Source: Candidatus Bathyarchaeota archaeon (GTDB lineage: Archaea; Thermoproteota; CALKCG01; B24; DRYS01). From it: 64,000 nucleotides of DNA. Positions within the stretch are counted from its first letter, which is position 1; the number at the start of each line of letters is the position of its first letter. The stretch covers positions 64,001 through 128,000 of the forward strand of contig JAGTQC010000004.1 in the NCBI GenBank assembly GCA_018396535.1, read 5' to 3'. The translations under genes and the position numbers were made by a program. Shown here piece after piece: positions 49,384 to 59,009 of this stretch. The notes beneath the pieces were generated by a model. It was not told the origin of the DNA, did no database searches, and was given only the letters and a program-made list of their open reading frames with translations.

Positions 49384-50313
49384 ATGTCCATACCCATAAA
49401 AGCTATAACTAGGGAAGAGTATCTAAGTCCAGGTCACCGTCTATGTGCAGGCTGCGGATCGGCTTTAGCTATAAGACTAGCTTTAAAAGCTATTAGAGGA
49501 CCTACGGTCGTAGCTCAAGCTACAGGATGTGTCGAGGTATCTACGACGATATACCCGCAGACAGCTTGGAGAATCCCCTGGGCTCACATACTATTCGAGA
49601 ATGCTGCAGCCGTAGCTTCAGGCATCGTCGAAGCTGTGAAAGCGTTGAGGAAGAAGGATATCTTAGATAAGGATATAGATGTCATAGCTATAGCAGGTGA
49701 TGGCGGTACGTTCGATATAGGTATACAAGCCCTATCGGGTGCTCTAGAGAGGGGCCACGACTTCGTATACCTATGCTACGATAACGAAGCATACATGAAT
49801 ACTGGTATACAGAGATCTGGGGCTACTCCAAGGGGGGCTTCTACTACTACATCGCCTGCCGGTAGGGTTATACCTGGTAAGAGGGAGGTTAAGAAGGATC
49901 TTATAGGTATAGCTGTAGCTCATGGAATACCGTATGCAGCTACAGCTTCTATAGCCTATCCAGGTGACTATATAGCTAAGGTTAGGAAGGCTATAGAAGT
50001 AGATGGGCCTGCTGTAATACACGTCCTAGCTCCATGCCCATTAGGATGGGGTAGCGAACCCTCGAATACGATTAAACTAGCTAGATTAGCCGTTCAGACG
50101 AGGGTATTCCCGATATATGAGGTCATAGATGGACGTTACAAGCTTAATGTTAAAGTAGCTAAGCCTACACCGGTTGAGGAATACCTTAAGCTTCAGAGGA
50201 GGTTCGAACACTTGTTTAGACCGGAGTTCAAGGATGAATTAGAGGAGATTAAGCGGATAATCGATGAACGCTGGAATAGGCTGCTAGAGTTATGCGGTGA
50301 AAAACCTGCTTAA
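49384..50313 (+). CDS. porB: 2-oxoacid:ferredoxin oxidoreductase beta subunit
   Basis: GHRLCAGCG, GDGGTFDIG, YDNEAYMNTGIQRS, APCPLGW. Confidence 0.94.
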   Translation: MSIPIKAITREEYLSPGHRLCAGCGSALAIRLALKAIRGPTVVAQATGCVEVSTTIYPQTAWRIPWAHILFENAAAVASGIVEAVKALRKKDILDKDIDVIAIAGDGGTFDIGIQALSGALERGHDFVYLCYDNEAYMNTGIQRSGATPRGASTTTSPAGRVIPGKREVKKDLIGIAVAHGIPYAATASIAYPGDYIAKVRKAIEVDGPAVIHVLAPCPLGWGSEPSNTIKLARLAVQTRVFPIYEVIDGRYKLNVKVAKPTPVEEYLKLQRRFEHLFRPEFKDELEEIKRIIDERWNRLLELCGEKPA

Positions 50314-50322
50314 CCTCAAAAA

Positions 50323-51480
50323 TTGATGAAGATATACGATGTAGCTGTAATTGGAGGCGGACCTGCAGGCTTATCTGCAGCTACCTCTGCATCCAGATTT
50401 AATGCAGATACAATTCTTTTCGAAGAGCATGGAAGTATAGGTCTACCATGGCATTGTGCAGGTGTAGTTAGTTCTAGAATGATTAGATACCTAAATCTAG
50501 GAGGATCTGAGAAGACAATCCTATCGAGTTTCGATACGGTAGATGTATACCTATCCCTACGCTACGTATTCTCGATAAGGAGTAGTATACCCCAATTAGT
50601 CTTAGATAGAGCTGCATTCGATAGATTCCTAGCGGATAGAGCATCCTCCTACGGTGTGAAGCTGATACTGAGGAGTAGAGTCAGAAGTCTAAACTACGCG
50701 GATGGTAATCTAATCGATATCTCTACAGACGGCTCTAGCTATAAGTGTAGGATAGCTATACTAGCTGAGGGTTTACCCGGTGTATTAGCTAGGAGTCTCG
50801 GTTTTAATCTACGTAAACTTACTATGCTCCCATCGATCCAGTACCTAGTTCATGTAGCACCTAATCTAGATATGGGTATCGTCGAAGTGCATCTACTACA
50901 AGGTTTATCACCTCCATTCTTCGCATGGGTTATACCGATCGATAAAGGTGTATGTAGAGTAGGCTTAGCCTCATACAGATCTACGCAGCTTAAACCGTTT
51001 ATAGAAGCGTTTCTCTCTAGAAGGTTCAACAGCTGGAGGATGATATCTAAGAGTAGATGGCTTATACCTATCGGAGGACCGTTAGATAGGACTGTGAAAG
51101 GTCATGTAATCCTAGTAGGTGATGTAGCGGGTCAAGCTAAACCAACTACAGGTGGTGGTATAATTTCAAGTATAGCATGCGGTATGATAGCAGGTTCGAT
51201 AGCTGGCTCAGCATCGGTTGAGGATGAATATTCGATACTAGATCAGTATGAAAGCTTATGGAGGAGCTTCTTCGATTTCAAGTTTAAGATACAGAAGATC
51301 GCTAGGAAGGCTGTAGATAGGATGCGGTGGACGATACTATCCTCGATGGTGGAATCCATATCCGATATGAATCGTGAATTTAGAGTTGTAGACCTCGATA
51401 CTCAGATAGACCTTATATCGAAGCTTATATCATCGCCTCGTATAGTTTTTACTATCTTGAAATCTCTACTCAAGCTATAA
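50323..51480 (+). CDS. Geranylgeranyl reductase family FAD-dependent oxidoreductase
   Basis: IGGGPAG, HCAG, DRAAFD, FAWVIP, VGDVAGQAKPTTGGGI. Confidence 0.85.
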   Translation: MMKIYDVAVIGGGPAGLSAATSASRFNADTILFEEHGSIGLPWHCAGVVSSRMIRYLNLGGSEKTILSSFDTVDVYLSLRYVFSIRSSIPQLVLDRAAFDRFLADRASSYGVKLILRSRVRSLNYADGNLIDISTDGSSYKCRIAILAEGLPGVLARSLGFNLRKLTMLPSIQYLVHVAPNLDMGIVEVHLLQGLSPPFFAWVIPIDKGVCRVGLASYRSTQLKPFIEAFLSRRFNSWRMISKSRWLIPIGGPLDRTVKGHVILVGDVAGQAKPTTGGGIISSIACGMIAGSIAGSASVEDEYSILDQYESLWRSFFDFKFKIQKIARKAVDRMRWTILSSMVESISDMNREFRVVDLDTQIDLISKLISSPRIVFTILKSLLKL

Positions 51481-51730
51481 GCTACCCCCTCTGATCAGAT
51501 CTATACGCTACGCTAGCTTTACAGTATTCAAACTCCGATATTTAATAACTTCTAGATCATATAGCCACCTCCTAGAACTGGTATTTTTCATAATAGATCT
51601 TCTCAATGGGATAGATTCTTTGAACCTATCACTCGTCTATCGATGTTAAGTGGATACATGTATCTTGGATCAAAACTTTATTAATCGATGAACCCATATA
51701 CTCTATACCGAGGCGTTAGGGGTCTACTAT

Positions 51731-53929
51731 ATGGTTGTTAGAGAACTTAGGCTTCAAGTCGCTGAGATGCGTAATCAGCGTGATATAGGGCGTTGTAAAG
51801 CTAGGATCGATTCACTACTCTTAGAGAAGATAGGAGTAGCGATAGGCGATGTTATAGAGATTATAGGTAATAGAGCTACCGCAGCTATAGCTTGGCCAGC
51901 TTACCCTGAGGATGCAGGTAAACCTATAGTAAGGATGGATGGTATAACTCGTAAAAATGCCGAGGTATCCATAGGTGAATATGTAACTATTAGGAAGGCT
52001 AAAGTTAAGATCGCTCGTACGATATCGCTCGCACCCTTAAGCGTTAAGCTGCATGTTGCAGATGAGAATCTATACGAATTTCTAAGGAATAGACTCGTAG
52101 ATCTACCTGTAGTTCAGGGAGATATAATCCAGCTATCCTTATTCGGTAACCCAGTAAACTTTATGGTAGTAAGATCTACGCCTAAAGGCGTTGTTAAGAT
52201 AAGCTACGATACGCAGATTAAGCTTCTAAAGGAGCCTGCTCCAGAGCGTGCTAGGATAGCTTACGTAACCTACGATGATATAGGAGGGTTGAAGGAGCAG
52301 ATTCAAAGGATACGTGAACTCGTAGAGCTTCCATTAAAGCATCCAGAGCTATTTAAACGGCTGGGTATAGAGCCTCCTAAAGGTGTATTACTCTATGGCC
52401 CACCCGGCTGCGGTAAGACATTGCTAGCTAAGGCTGTAGCTAATGAGAGTGATGCATACTTCATAAGCGTTAACGGTCCTGAGGTTATGAGTAAGTTTTA
52501 CGGTGAATCCGAAGCTAGGCTTAGAGAGATATTCAAGAAGGCTGAGGAGAGTGCTCCAGCTATAATATTCATCGATGAGATAGATTCCATAGCTCCTAAG
52601 AGGGAGGAGGTTACCGGGGAGGTTGAGAGGAGGGTTGTAGCACAGCTACTAGCATTAATGGATGGGTTAATGAGTAGAGGTAACGTTATCGTTATAGGTG
52701 CTACCAACAGGCCTAACGCTCTAGATCCAGCTCTACGTAGACCTGGAAGATTCGATAGAGAGATAGAGATAGGGATCCCTGATAAGCAGGGTAGGTTAGA
52801 GATACTACAGATACATACTAGGGGTATGCCTCTAGCTGATGATGTAGATCTAGAGAAGCTTGCTGAGATAACGCACGGCTATACTGGAGCTGATCTAGCT
52901 GCTCTAGCTAGAGAAGCTGCTATGAAAGCTCTACGTAGATATCTACCTGGGATAGATCTGGATGCGGAGACTATCCCCGTAGAGGTTCTAGAGAAGATGG
53001 AGGTTAGGATGGATGATTTTATACAAGCATACCAGGAGATTACGCCATCAGCTTTAAGGGAGGTGGAGATAGAGATACCGGAGGTTAGATGGGATGATAT
53101 AGGCGGTTTACAGGAGGTTAAGCAGCTTTTAAGAGAGAGTATAGAGTGGCCTCTTAAGTATCCTGATAAATTTAAGATGTTAGGGTTGAAGCCTCCTAGA
53201 GGTATACTATTGTATGGTCCACCCGGCTGCGGTAAGACATTGCTAGCTAAGGCTATCGCTAGTGAGAGTGGAGCTAACTTCATAGGGGTTAAGGGTCCGG
53301 AGATATTTAGTAAATGGGTTGGTGAATCTGAGAAAGCTATAAGAGAGATATTCAGGAAAGCACGTATGGCTGCTCCATGCGTGATATTCTTCGATGAGAT
53401 AGATTCCATAAGCTTAACTAGAAGTGTAGATTATGCTGATTCAGGTGTAACCGAGAGAGTTGTGAGCCAGCTCTTAACAGAGATCGATGGCTTAACTAAT
53501 ATAATGAATGTCGTAGTCGTAGGTGCTACAAACCGCCCAGATTTAGTGGATCCAGCTCTACTAAGACCTGGAAGGTTTGATCGACTGGTATATGTACCTC
53601 CGCCAAGTGAGAGTGATCGTCTAGAAATACTGAGAGTTCATACTAGGGGTATGCCTCTAGCTGATGATGTAGATCTAGAGAAGCTTGCTAAACTAACCGT
53701 AGGATTCTCAGGAGCTGATCTAGAGATGCTATGTAGGGAGGCTGGCTTTAACGCTTTGAGGATGCATATCGATGGAGGATCAGGTACGATGCGAGTTACT
53801 ATGGATGATTTTATGAAAGCGTTGGATATAGTTAAGCCATCCATACTACCTGAGATAGAGGAATGGTATCAGAGCTTTACTTCAAGATTTAAGCGTAGGA
53901 TTATACGTAGCTCAACACCTATAACATGA
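51731..53929 (+). CDS. cdc48: Cdc48/VAT AAA+ ATPase
   Basis: N domain plus two AAA modules (GPPGCGKT twice, DEID, ATNRP, RPGRFD). Confidence 0.96.
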   Translation: MVVRELRLQVAEMRNQRDIGRCKARIDSLLLEKIGVAIGDVIEIIGNRATAAIAWPAYPEDAGKPIVRMDGITRKNAEVSIGEYVTIRKAKVKIARTISLAPLSVKLHVADENLYEFLRNRLVDLPVVQGDIIQLSLFGNPVNFMVVRSTPKGVVKISYDTQIKLLKEPAPERARIAYVTYDDIGGLKEQIQRIRELVELPLKHPELFKRLGIEPPKGVLLYGPPGCGKTLLAKAVANESDAYFISVNGPEVMSKFYGESEARLREIFKKAEESAPAIIFIDEIDSIAPKREEVTGEVERRVVAQLLALMDGLMSRGNVIVIGATNRPNALDPALRRPGRFDREIEIGIPDKQGRLEILQIHTRGMPLADDVDLEKLAEITHGYTGADLAALAREAAMKALRRYLPGIDLDAETIPVEVLEKMEVRMDDFIQAYQEITPSALREVEIEIPEVRWDDIGGLQEVKQLLRESIEWPLKYPDKFKMLGLKPPRGILLYGPPGCGKTLLAKAIASESGANFIGVKGPEIFSKWVGESEKAIREIFRKARMAAPCVIFFDEIDSISLTRSVDYADSGVTERVVSQLLTEIDGLTNIMNVVVVGATNRPDLVDPALLRPGRFDRLVYVPPPSESDRLEILRVHTRGMPLADDVDLEKLAKLTVGFSGADLEMLCREAGFNALRMHIDGGSGTMRVTMDDFMKALDIVKPSILPEIEEWYQSFTSRFKRRIIRSSTPIT

Positions 53930-53951
53930 TATACATCGAGGTATCTTATCC

Positions 53952-54173
53952 ATGGTTAAATCTAGTCTGATCTATATGCTGGTTGAAGCGTTGAAGCGTA
54001 GAGGAGGATCTGCTGAAGATGAGGAGCTTTACACAGATCTATCCAAGGTATCGGAGCTTACCCACAATGATTTTATGAAACTCCTATTGAAGCTTGAAGT
54101 ATCCGGTATAGCTAGGGTATACAGGCTATCTAAGGATAAGTTTAAGATCGAGCTAGTGGCTTCCGAGGATTAG
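53952..54173 (+). CDS. Small winged-helix-like hypothetical protein
   Basis: 73 aa with FMKLLLKLEVSGIARV helix-wing pattern; follows cdc48. Confidence 0.6.
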   Translation: MVKSSLIYMLVEALKRRGGSAEDEELYTDLSKVSELTHNDFMKLLLKLEVSGIARVYRLSKDKFKIELVASED

Positions 54174-55198
54174 CGAAACCATCCCTCAAGCGTCCTACTC
54201 CTACCTATAGTTTTCAATCCTTCTGCTATAACGTTAACAGCTTTAACAACCCTCTCCTCGCTGAAATCTCTCTCACCACATAGGAAGTCCACTACCCCTT
54301 TAGCATCAGGCTGCCGCCATTCAAGCTTGTACTCGCTGGATACCTGCGGCTCTAGGAATATCCTCCTAATATCATCGATCGGTATCTCTTGTACACCTAG
54401 AATCTTGAGAACTATCTTAGCATCGCTATACCTTTTAATATATTCTAGAGCCTTCTTAGGACCTACACCTTTAACACCTTCGGGATAATAGTCTGTCCCA
54501 ACTAGTATAGCTATATCTATAAGCTGTTCTCTCGTTATCCTTAAGCTAGACAACACCTCATCTAATACTATAAGCTCAGGCTCGATCTCCACGTATACAT
54601 CCTTACCTGGAAGCTTCCTTCTACCTACTACGCTTAGATTCCTAACTACTCTTAAAGCTCCGAATAGTAGTGCATCATGATCCTGGCTTACAGCAGCCCA
54701 TGCATCACCTCTTATAGTCATCCAAGCTGCTTGAGCTTCACCTTCAGATGGAGCTTCAATGTATGGTATACCTAGGAGCCTGAGAAGTCTCTTAGCATCA
54801 TCAACCATATAGTCTTTAAGCGTAGCTGAAGCTTGAGCATACTTCCTCGCAGCTTCATAATCCCCTCTACTCAAAGCCTCCTCATACCTAATTATAGCCT
54901 CCTCTCTAACAGCTCTCCTCCTCTTTATCTCAGCCTCCTTTAAAGCTGGCGGTACTCCATCGAATATATACACAGGTTTTATGCCTGCCTCTATAAATCT
55001 AGAAGTCCTATAGAGTAGGCCTGATAGATGGCTTGTCACCCTACCTTCGCTATCCTTTAGAGGTTCGCCTTTAGGCCCTCGGATTGTTGCTAGAAACTGG
55101 TATAACGCGTTATAAGCATCTATGGCTAGAACCCTGCCTTTAAGCATATCCCATCCTATAACTCTTCTAGGTATTATATCGCCTAGATTTACACCCAT
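54170..55198 (-). CDS. fen: Flap endonuclease 1
   Basis: MGV, IDAYNALYQFL, TSHLSGL, FDG, APSEGEAQAA, SQDHD, GTDY, C-terminal PIP-like TLEGWF. Confidence 0.97.
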   Translation of the reverse strand: MGVNLGDIIPRRVIGWDMLKGRVLAIDAYNALYQFLATIRGPKGEPLKDSEGRVTSHLSGLLYRTSRFIEAGIKPVYIFDGVPPALKEAEIKRRRAVREEAIIRYEEALSRGDYEAARKYAQASATLKDYMVDDAKRLLRLLGIPYIEAPSEGEAQAAWMTIRGDAWAAVSQDHDALLFGALRVVRNLSVVGRRKLPGKDVYVEIEPELIVLDEVLSSLRITREQLIDIAILVGTDYYPEGVKGVGPKKALEYIKRYSDAKIVLKILGVQEIPIDDIRRIFLEPQVSSEYKLEWRQPDAKGVVDFLCGERDFSEERVVKAVNVIAEGLKTIGRSRTLEGWFR

Positions 55199-55372
55199 CC
55201 CCTACTACGATTCTCACTCGATCTTAGATTAAATATCTTTCGGATCTCCAAACCCTATCTATAACTTTAGTGTCAGCGTTTCTCGAATACTATGCTGTAA
55301 TGAGTTAGTAACCTATTTATAGATACCCTGCCAATCATATCTTTGATCGTTATAATGAGGGCTCGGTAGGTT

Positions 55373-56350
55373 TTGTACGCTATCGAAGCTCGGAATCTTA
55401 GGAAGACTTATCGAACTAGAAGACGTAGAGGTATACTTAGATCTGAACCTGAATTAATCGAAGCATTGAAGGATGTAAGTTTTTCTGTAAGGTATGGCGA
55501 GGTTGTCGGTCTCCTAGGACCAAACGGTGCGGGTAAGACTACTACGATAAAGATAATCTCTACACTCCTCCTACCAGATGGGGGTGAGGTTTACGTAGAG
55601 GGGTTCGATGTTGTTAGAGAAGCATCTGAGGTTCGTAGGAGGATAGGTATACTTCTATCCGTCGAGAAGGGGTTCTACGGTAAGCTAACTGGGTGGGAGA
55701 ACTTGGAGTATTTCGGAATTCTATATGGTTTAGATCGTAGATTTCTAGAAGCTAGGCTAGGTTACCTGTTTAAGCTTCTCGAACTCGATAAGCTCGGTGG
55801 GATCGATAGGTTATTCGAGGAGTTTAGTCTAGGTATGAAGGCTCGTCTAGGCCTTGCTAGAGCTTTACTTAAAGATCCACCTATCCTCCTACTAGACGAG
55901 CCTACACTAGGCTTAGATCCTCCTAGCGCTGTGAAGATACGTAGTCTAGTAAGGGATCTAGCTAGAGAAGGCAAAGCTATACTATACACTACTCATAACA
56001 TGTTTGAAGCTGAAATCGTATGTGATCGTATACTATTCATAGATCGTGGTTCGATCGTAGCTGAAGGTTCACCATCAGATCTTAAGGATCGTATACCTAA
56101 ACTTAGAAGCTTAAAGATCACGGTGAAGGGTAACGATCCATCGCAGATATTAGCCGGTCATAGTCTAGGATATAGTATCAATCGTATCGATGTAGATATA
56201 TTCGAACTGGATGTAAAGGTTCGAGATCCTATCGAGGTGTTGAACTCCATACTACCACTCTTAACCGTTAAAGGTTATCATATAATCTCATTCAGGATAG
56301 AGGAACCGACTCTAGAAGATGTTTTCCTATACCTCTCTAAGGGGGGTTAA
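55373..56350 (+). CDS. ABC-2 type exporter ATP-binding subunit
   Basis: GPNGAGKTT, FSLGMK, LLDEPT, TTH, EPTLEDVF. Confidence 0.92.
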   Translation: MYAIEARNLRKTYRTRRRRGILRSEPELIEALKDVSFSVRYGEVVGLLGPNGAGKTTTIKIISTLLLPDGGEVYVEGFDVVREASEVRRRIGILLSVEKGFYGKLTGWENLEYFGILYGLDRRFLEARLGYLFKLLELDKLGGIDRLFEEFSLGMKARLGLARALLKDPPILLLDEPTLGLDPPSAVKIRSLVRDLAREGKAILYTTHNMFEAEIVCDRILFIDRGSIVAEGSPSDLKDRIPKLRSLKITVKGNDPSQILAGHSLGYSINRIDVDIFELDVKVRDPIEVLNSILPLLTVKGYHIISFRIEEPTLEDVFLYLSKGG

Positions 56351-56357
56351 AGGCTTC

Positions 56358-57173
56358 GTGAGCTTCGTAGATATCCTTAGGGTGGAGGCTAAATTTATGT
56401 ATGGAGATATCGTGAGGAGGAGATCCCTCTTCTTAGCGATACTAGCATACCCATATATATTAACGATATTCGTGCTTCTAATAGGCTCCTCCATAGGTTC
56501 GCCGGTATTCTTCGAAGAGAAGGTTTGTTTAACACCTACAGTATATCTTGTTACGAACGGCTTTATCCTGATGTCTATGTTAAGCGTAATCGATGATATT
56601 CTATGGAGGCCTATCCTTGACGAGTATACCGGGACGATAGCATACGTGTTATCCTCCCCAACCTCTAGGTTGAAGCATTATCTAGCGATACCTATACCTA
56701 GACTCATACTAGTACTCCTAAGCGGGTTTACGAGTATAGTACCAGTATTCATATACTATTACGGTTATGATGGATTTATAGAAGCATCTATAGTGTTACT
56801 CATGACGCTGTTAGCCTCTACCTCAGCGATACCTTTAGTCATGATCCTCGTAGGGGTGGTATACGGTTTAGGTGGAGGTATCTGGAGGATTGTGAATATA
56901 GTTAGGCCTATCCTACTTATGCTTACAGGCGTATACTATCCTAGAAGGTTTATGCCGCTTATAGGGCAGATGATCTGTTATGCTATACCTCAATCTCATA
57001 TAGTAGAGGCAATTCATCTACTACTCTCAGCTCAGTATCTAGGCTCGGCAGCTATAGATATAGTATCGCTTATAGGTGTAGCTACTATACTAGTCATTGT
57101 ATACTCTCCTCTAAGCTATAGGAGTATGCGATTCTGGGAATATAGTAGGGTGAAGGAGGGTGTTAAAACCTGA
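56358..57173 (+). CDS. ABC-2 type exporter permease
   Basis: Six hydrophobic segments, E..GT motif, GVYYP; start moved to GTG 56358. Confidence 0.8.
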   Translation: MSFVDILRVEAKFMYGDIVRRRSLFLAILAYPYILTIFVLLIGSSIGSPVFFEEKVCLTPTVYLVTNGFILMSMLSVIDDILWRPILDEYTGTIAYVLSSPTSRLKHYLAIPIPRLILVLLSGFTSIVPVFIYYYGYDGFIEASIVLLMTLLASTSAIPLVMILVGVVYGLGGGIWRIVNIVRPILLMLTGVYYPRRFMPLIGQMICYAIPQSHIVEAIHLLLSAQYLGSAAIDIVSLIGVATILVIVYSPLSYRSMRFWEYSRVKEGVKT

Positions 57174-57961
57174 GGGAGCTGATTAAAACTATACTTAAGC
57201 TATATATCGCTAGGGATATTGTTAGAGGACGTGGATTAATAGTAACCCTACTCAGCATAGCTTTATGGATATCACTATTCACGATACCTGTAGTACTGTT
57301 TAAACCACCAGATACGCCTACCGTATGCTTATCCGCTAACATATTCTTAAGCATACTAATCTTCCTCTCATATTCACTAGCAACGTGGAATTGGGCTTCA
57401 GAACTTCAGAGTATGACTACTTCAGGTGTACTCGAATATATCCTATCATCTGGTAGAAGCATACTCATAATCTACATCGGCCTAATACCTGTCTCAACTA
57501 TACTTCTACTAGCGTCGACCCTGATCGTATACGTAGTTCTCTCGATACTTTCCCTACCCCCCATCCTGACTATCCATTCGCCGCCATACCTAGTGGTAGG
57601 TATCCTATTGTTTCTACAAGTTCTATTAGCTCATGCAGTAGTACTGGGTAGTCTAATACTTTCAGTAGGTGTAAGCGGCCCAGTTATGGAGGTGCTAGGC
57701 TGGATTCTACCTATAGCTACAGGTGGATTTACACCTATATCAAATATGCCTCAACCTCTACGAATCATAGCTTTATCCACGCCATACAGCTACCCTGTAG
57801 AGCTATTGAGATACTCCATACTAGGTATAGAGACTATACTACCACTCGATTTGATCCTACCTATAAGTCTAGCTTACAGCCTCCTCTTCCTCCTATCGAG
57901 CATTCTTTACTTCAAGTATACGATCAGGAAGATTATGATGAGGGGTATAGGATCGATCTAA
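57170..57961 (+). CDS. Second ABC-2 permease, probably starting at CTG 57170
   Basis: The frame of ORF 57413-57961 is open back to 57167 and encodes two more TM helices; GGFTP and PYSY motifs. Confidence 0.75.
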   Translation: MRELIKTILKLYIARDIVRGRGLIVTLLSIALWISLFTIPVVLFKPPDTPTVCLSANIFLSILIFLSYSLATWNWASELQSMTTSGVLEYILSSGRSILIIYIGLIPVSTILLLASTLIVYVVLSILSLPPILTIHSPPYLVVGILLFLQVLLAHAVVLGSLILSVGVSGPVMEVLGWILPIATGGFTPISNMPQPLRIIALSTPYSYPVELLRYSILGIETILPLDLILPISLAYSLLFLLSSILYFKYTIRKIMMRGIGSI

Positions 57962-58032
57962 GCTGAACGTATAGGAGGGTAAAAGTAATATCCCTACTTC
58001 TAGGTTGAGTTAGAATACGTAGATAGGGTGGG

Positions 58033-58527
58033 ATGTATATGTCTGTTAAGATGGAGGTTGTCGATATAGAGATACCGGAGGGCTGTAACGTTATAATAGG
58101 TATAACGCATTTCATAAAATCCGTCGAGGATATATATGAAGCGGTAAAATCTTCGACACCGGATGTAGAATTCGCTGTAGGATTCTGCGAAGCTTCCGGT
58201 CCATGTTTAGTTAGAGTTGAGGGTAATAGTGATGATCTTAAACGTAAAGTCGCTGAGCAGGCTTTTAAGCTTGGTGTAGGTCATAGCTTCATAGTGTATC
58301 TCAGGAAGGCTTATCCGATAAACGTTTTGAACGAGCTTAAGAAGGTTCCAGAGGTATGTACGATTCTATGCGCTACCGCTAACCCTGTACAAGTTATAGT
58401 AGCTGAGACTAATCAGGGTCGAGCTATACTAGGTATAGTTGATGGATTTAGATCTAAGGGTATAGAGACGGATCAGGATAGAGAGGCTAGGAAGGCTTTC
58501 CTCCGAAGGATAGGATATAAGCTTTAA
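58033..58527 (+). CDS. Adenosine-specific kinase family protein (DUF355)
   Basis: NVIIG..HFIKSVED, FCEASGPCLVR, AYPINVLN, CATANP, GIVDG, IGYKL. Confidence 0.88.
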   Translation: MYMSVKMEVVDIEIPEGCNVIIGITHFIKSVEDIYEAVKSSTPDVEFAVGFCEASGPCLVRVEGNSDDLKRKVAEQAFKLGVGHSFIVYLRKAYPINVLNELKKVPEVCTILCATANPVQVIVAETNQGRAILGIVDGFRSKGIETDQDREARKAFLRRIGYKL

Positions 58528-58569
58528 ATCCCTCATCTCTACCAGAAGATTATGTAAAGGTGGAATAGC

Positions 58570-58962
58570 TTGTCAGCTATACCTAATCTTAAAGTACAAT
58601 GTCCATGTGGGCGTATCATAAATCATCCATCAGAGTATAAGCTACTACTCTTAAAGCTGGAGATGAAGGAGATCGATATACTCTGCCCGAACGATGTATG
58701 TTACCTAAGAGAGCTAGGCTACGTAAAATTCGATATTAAGGATTCAAAGCTTATATTCAAAGAGGCTGCATTCTATCCGCCGTTTGTTACATGGAATGCA
58801 AGCCAGTTTGGAAGCGAGAAGGCTGCAGAACTTCTTAAAACCCATCTAAGGATCCTAGTATCTGAGGTTATGGATTGGCCTAGGATTAAAGAAACATACT
58901 TCCGCTACTATACATCATCTGGTGCAAGGAAAGAGGAGGGTTCTGAAGAATCTGGTACATAA
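58570..58962 (+). CDS. Hypothetical protein with putative Zn-binding cysteines
   Basis: CPCGR...CPNDVC...FYPPFVTWN; coding-like composition. Confidence 0.65.
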   Translation: MSAIPNLKVQCPCGRIINHPSEYKLLLLKLEMKEIDILCPNDVCYLRELGYVKFDIKDSKLIFKEAAFYPPFVTWNASQFGSEKAAELLKTHLRILVSEVMDWPRIKETYFRYYTSSGARKEEGSEESGT

Positions 58963-59009
58963 TAGGCAGGATGTTCAAATAGCTTCTTCCAGTATATTTC
59001 GTTCCCCCT

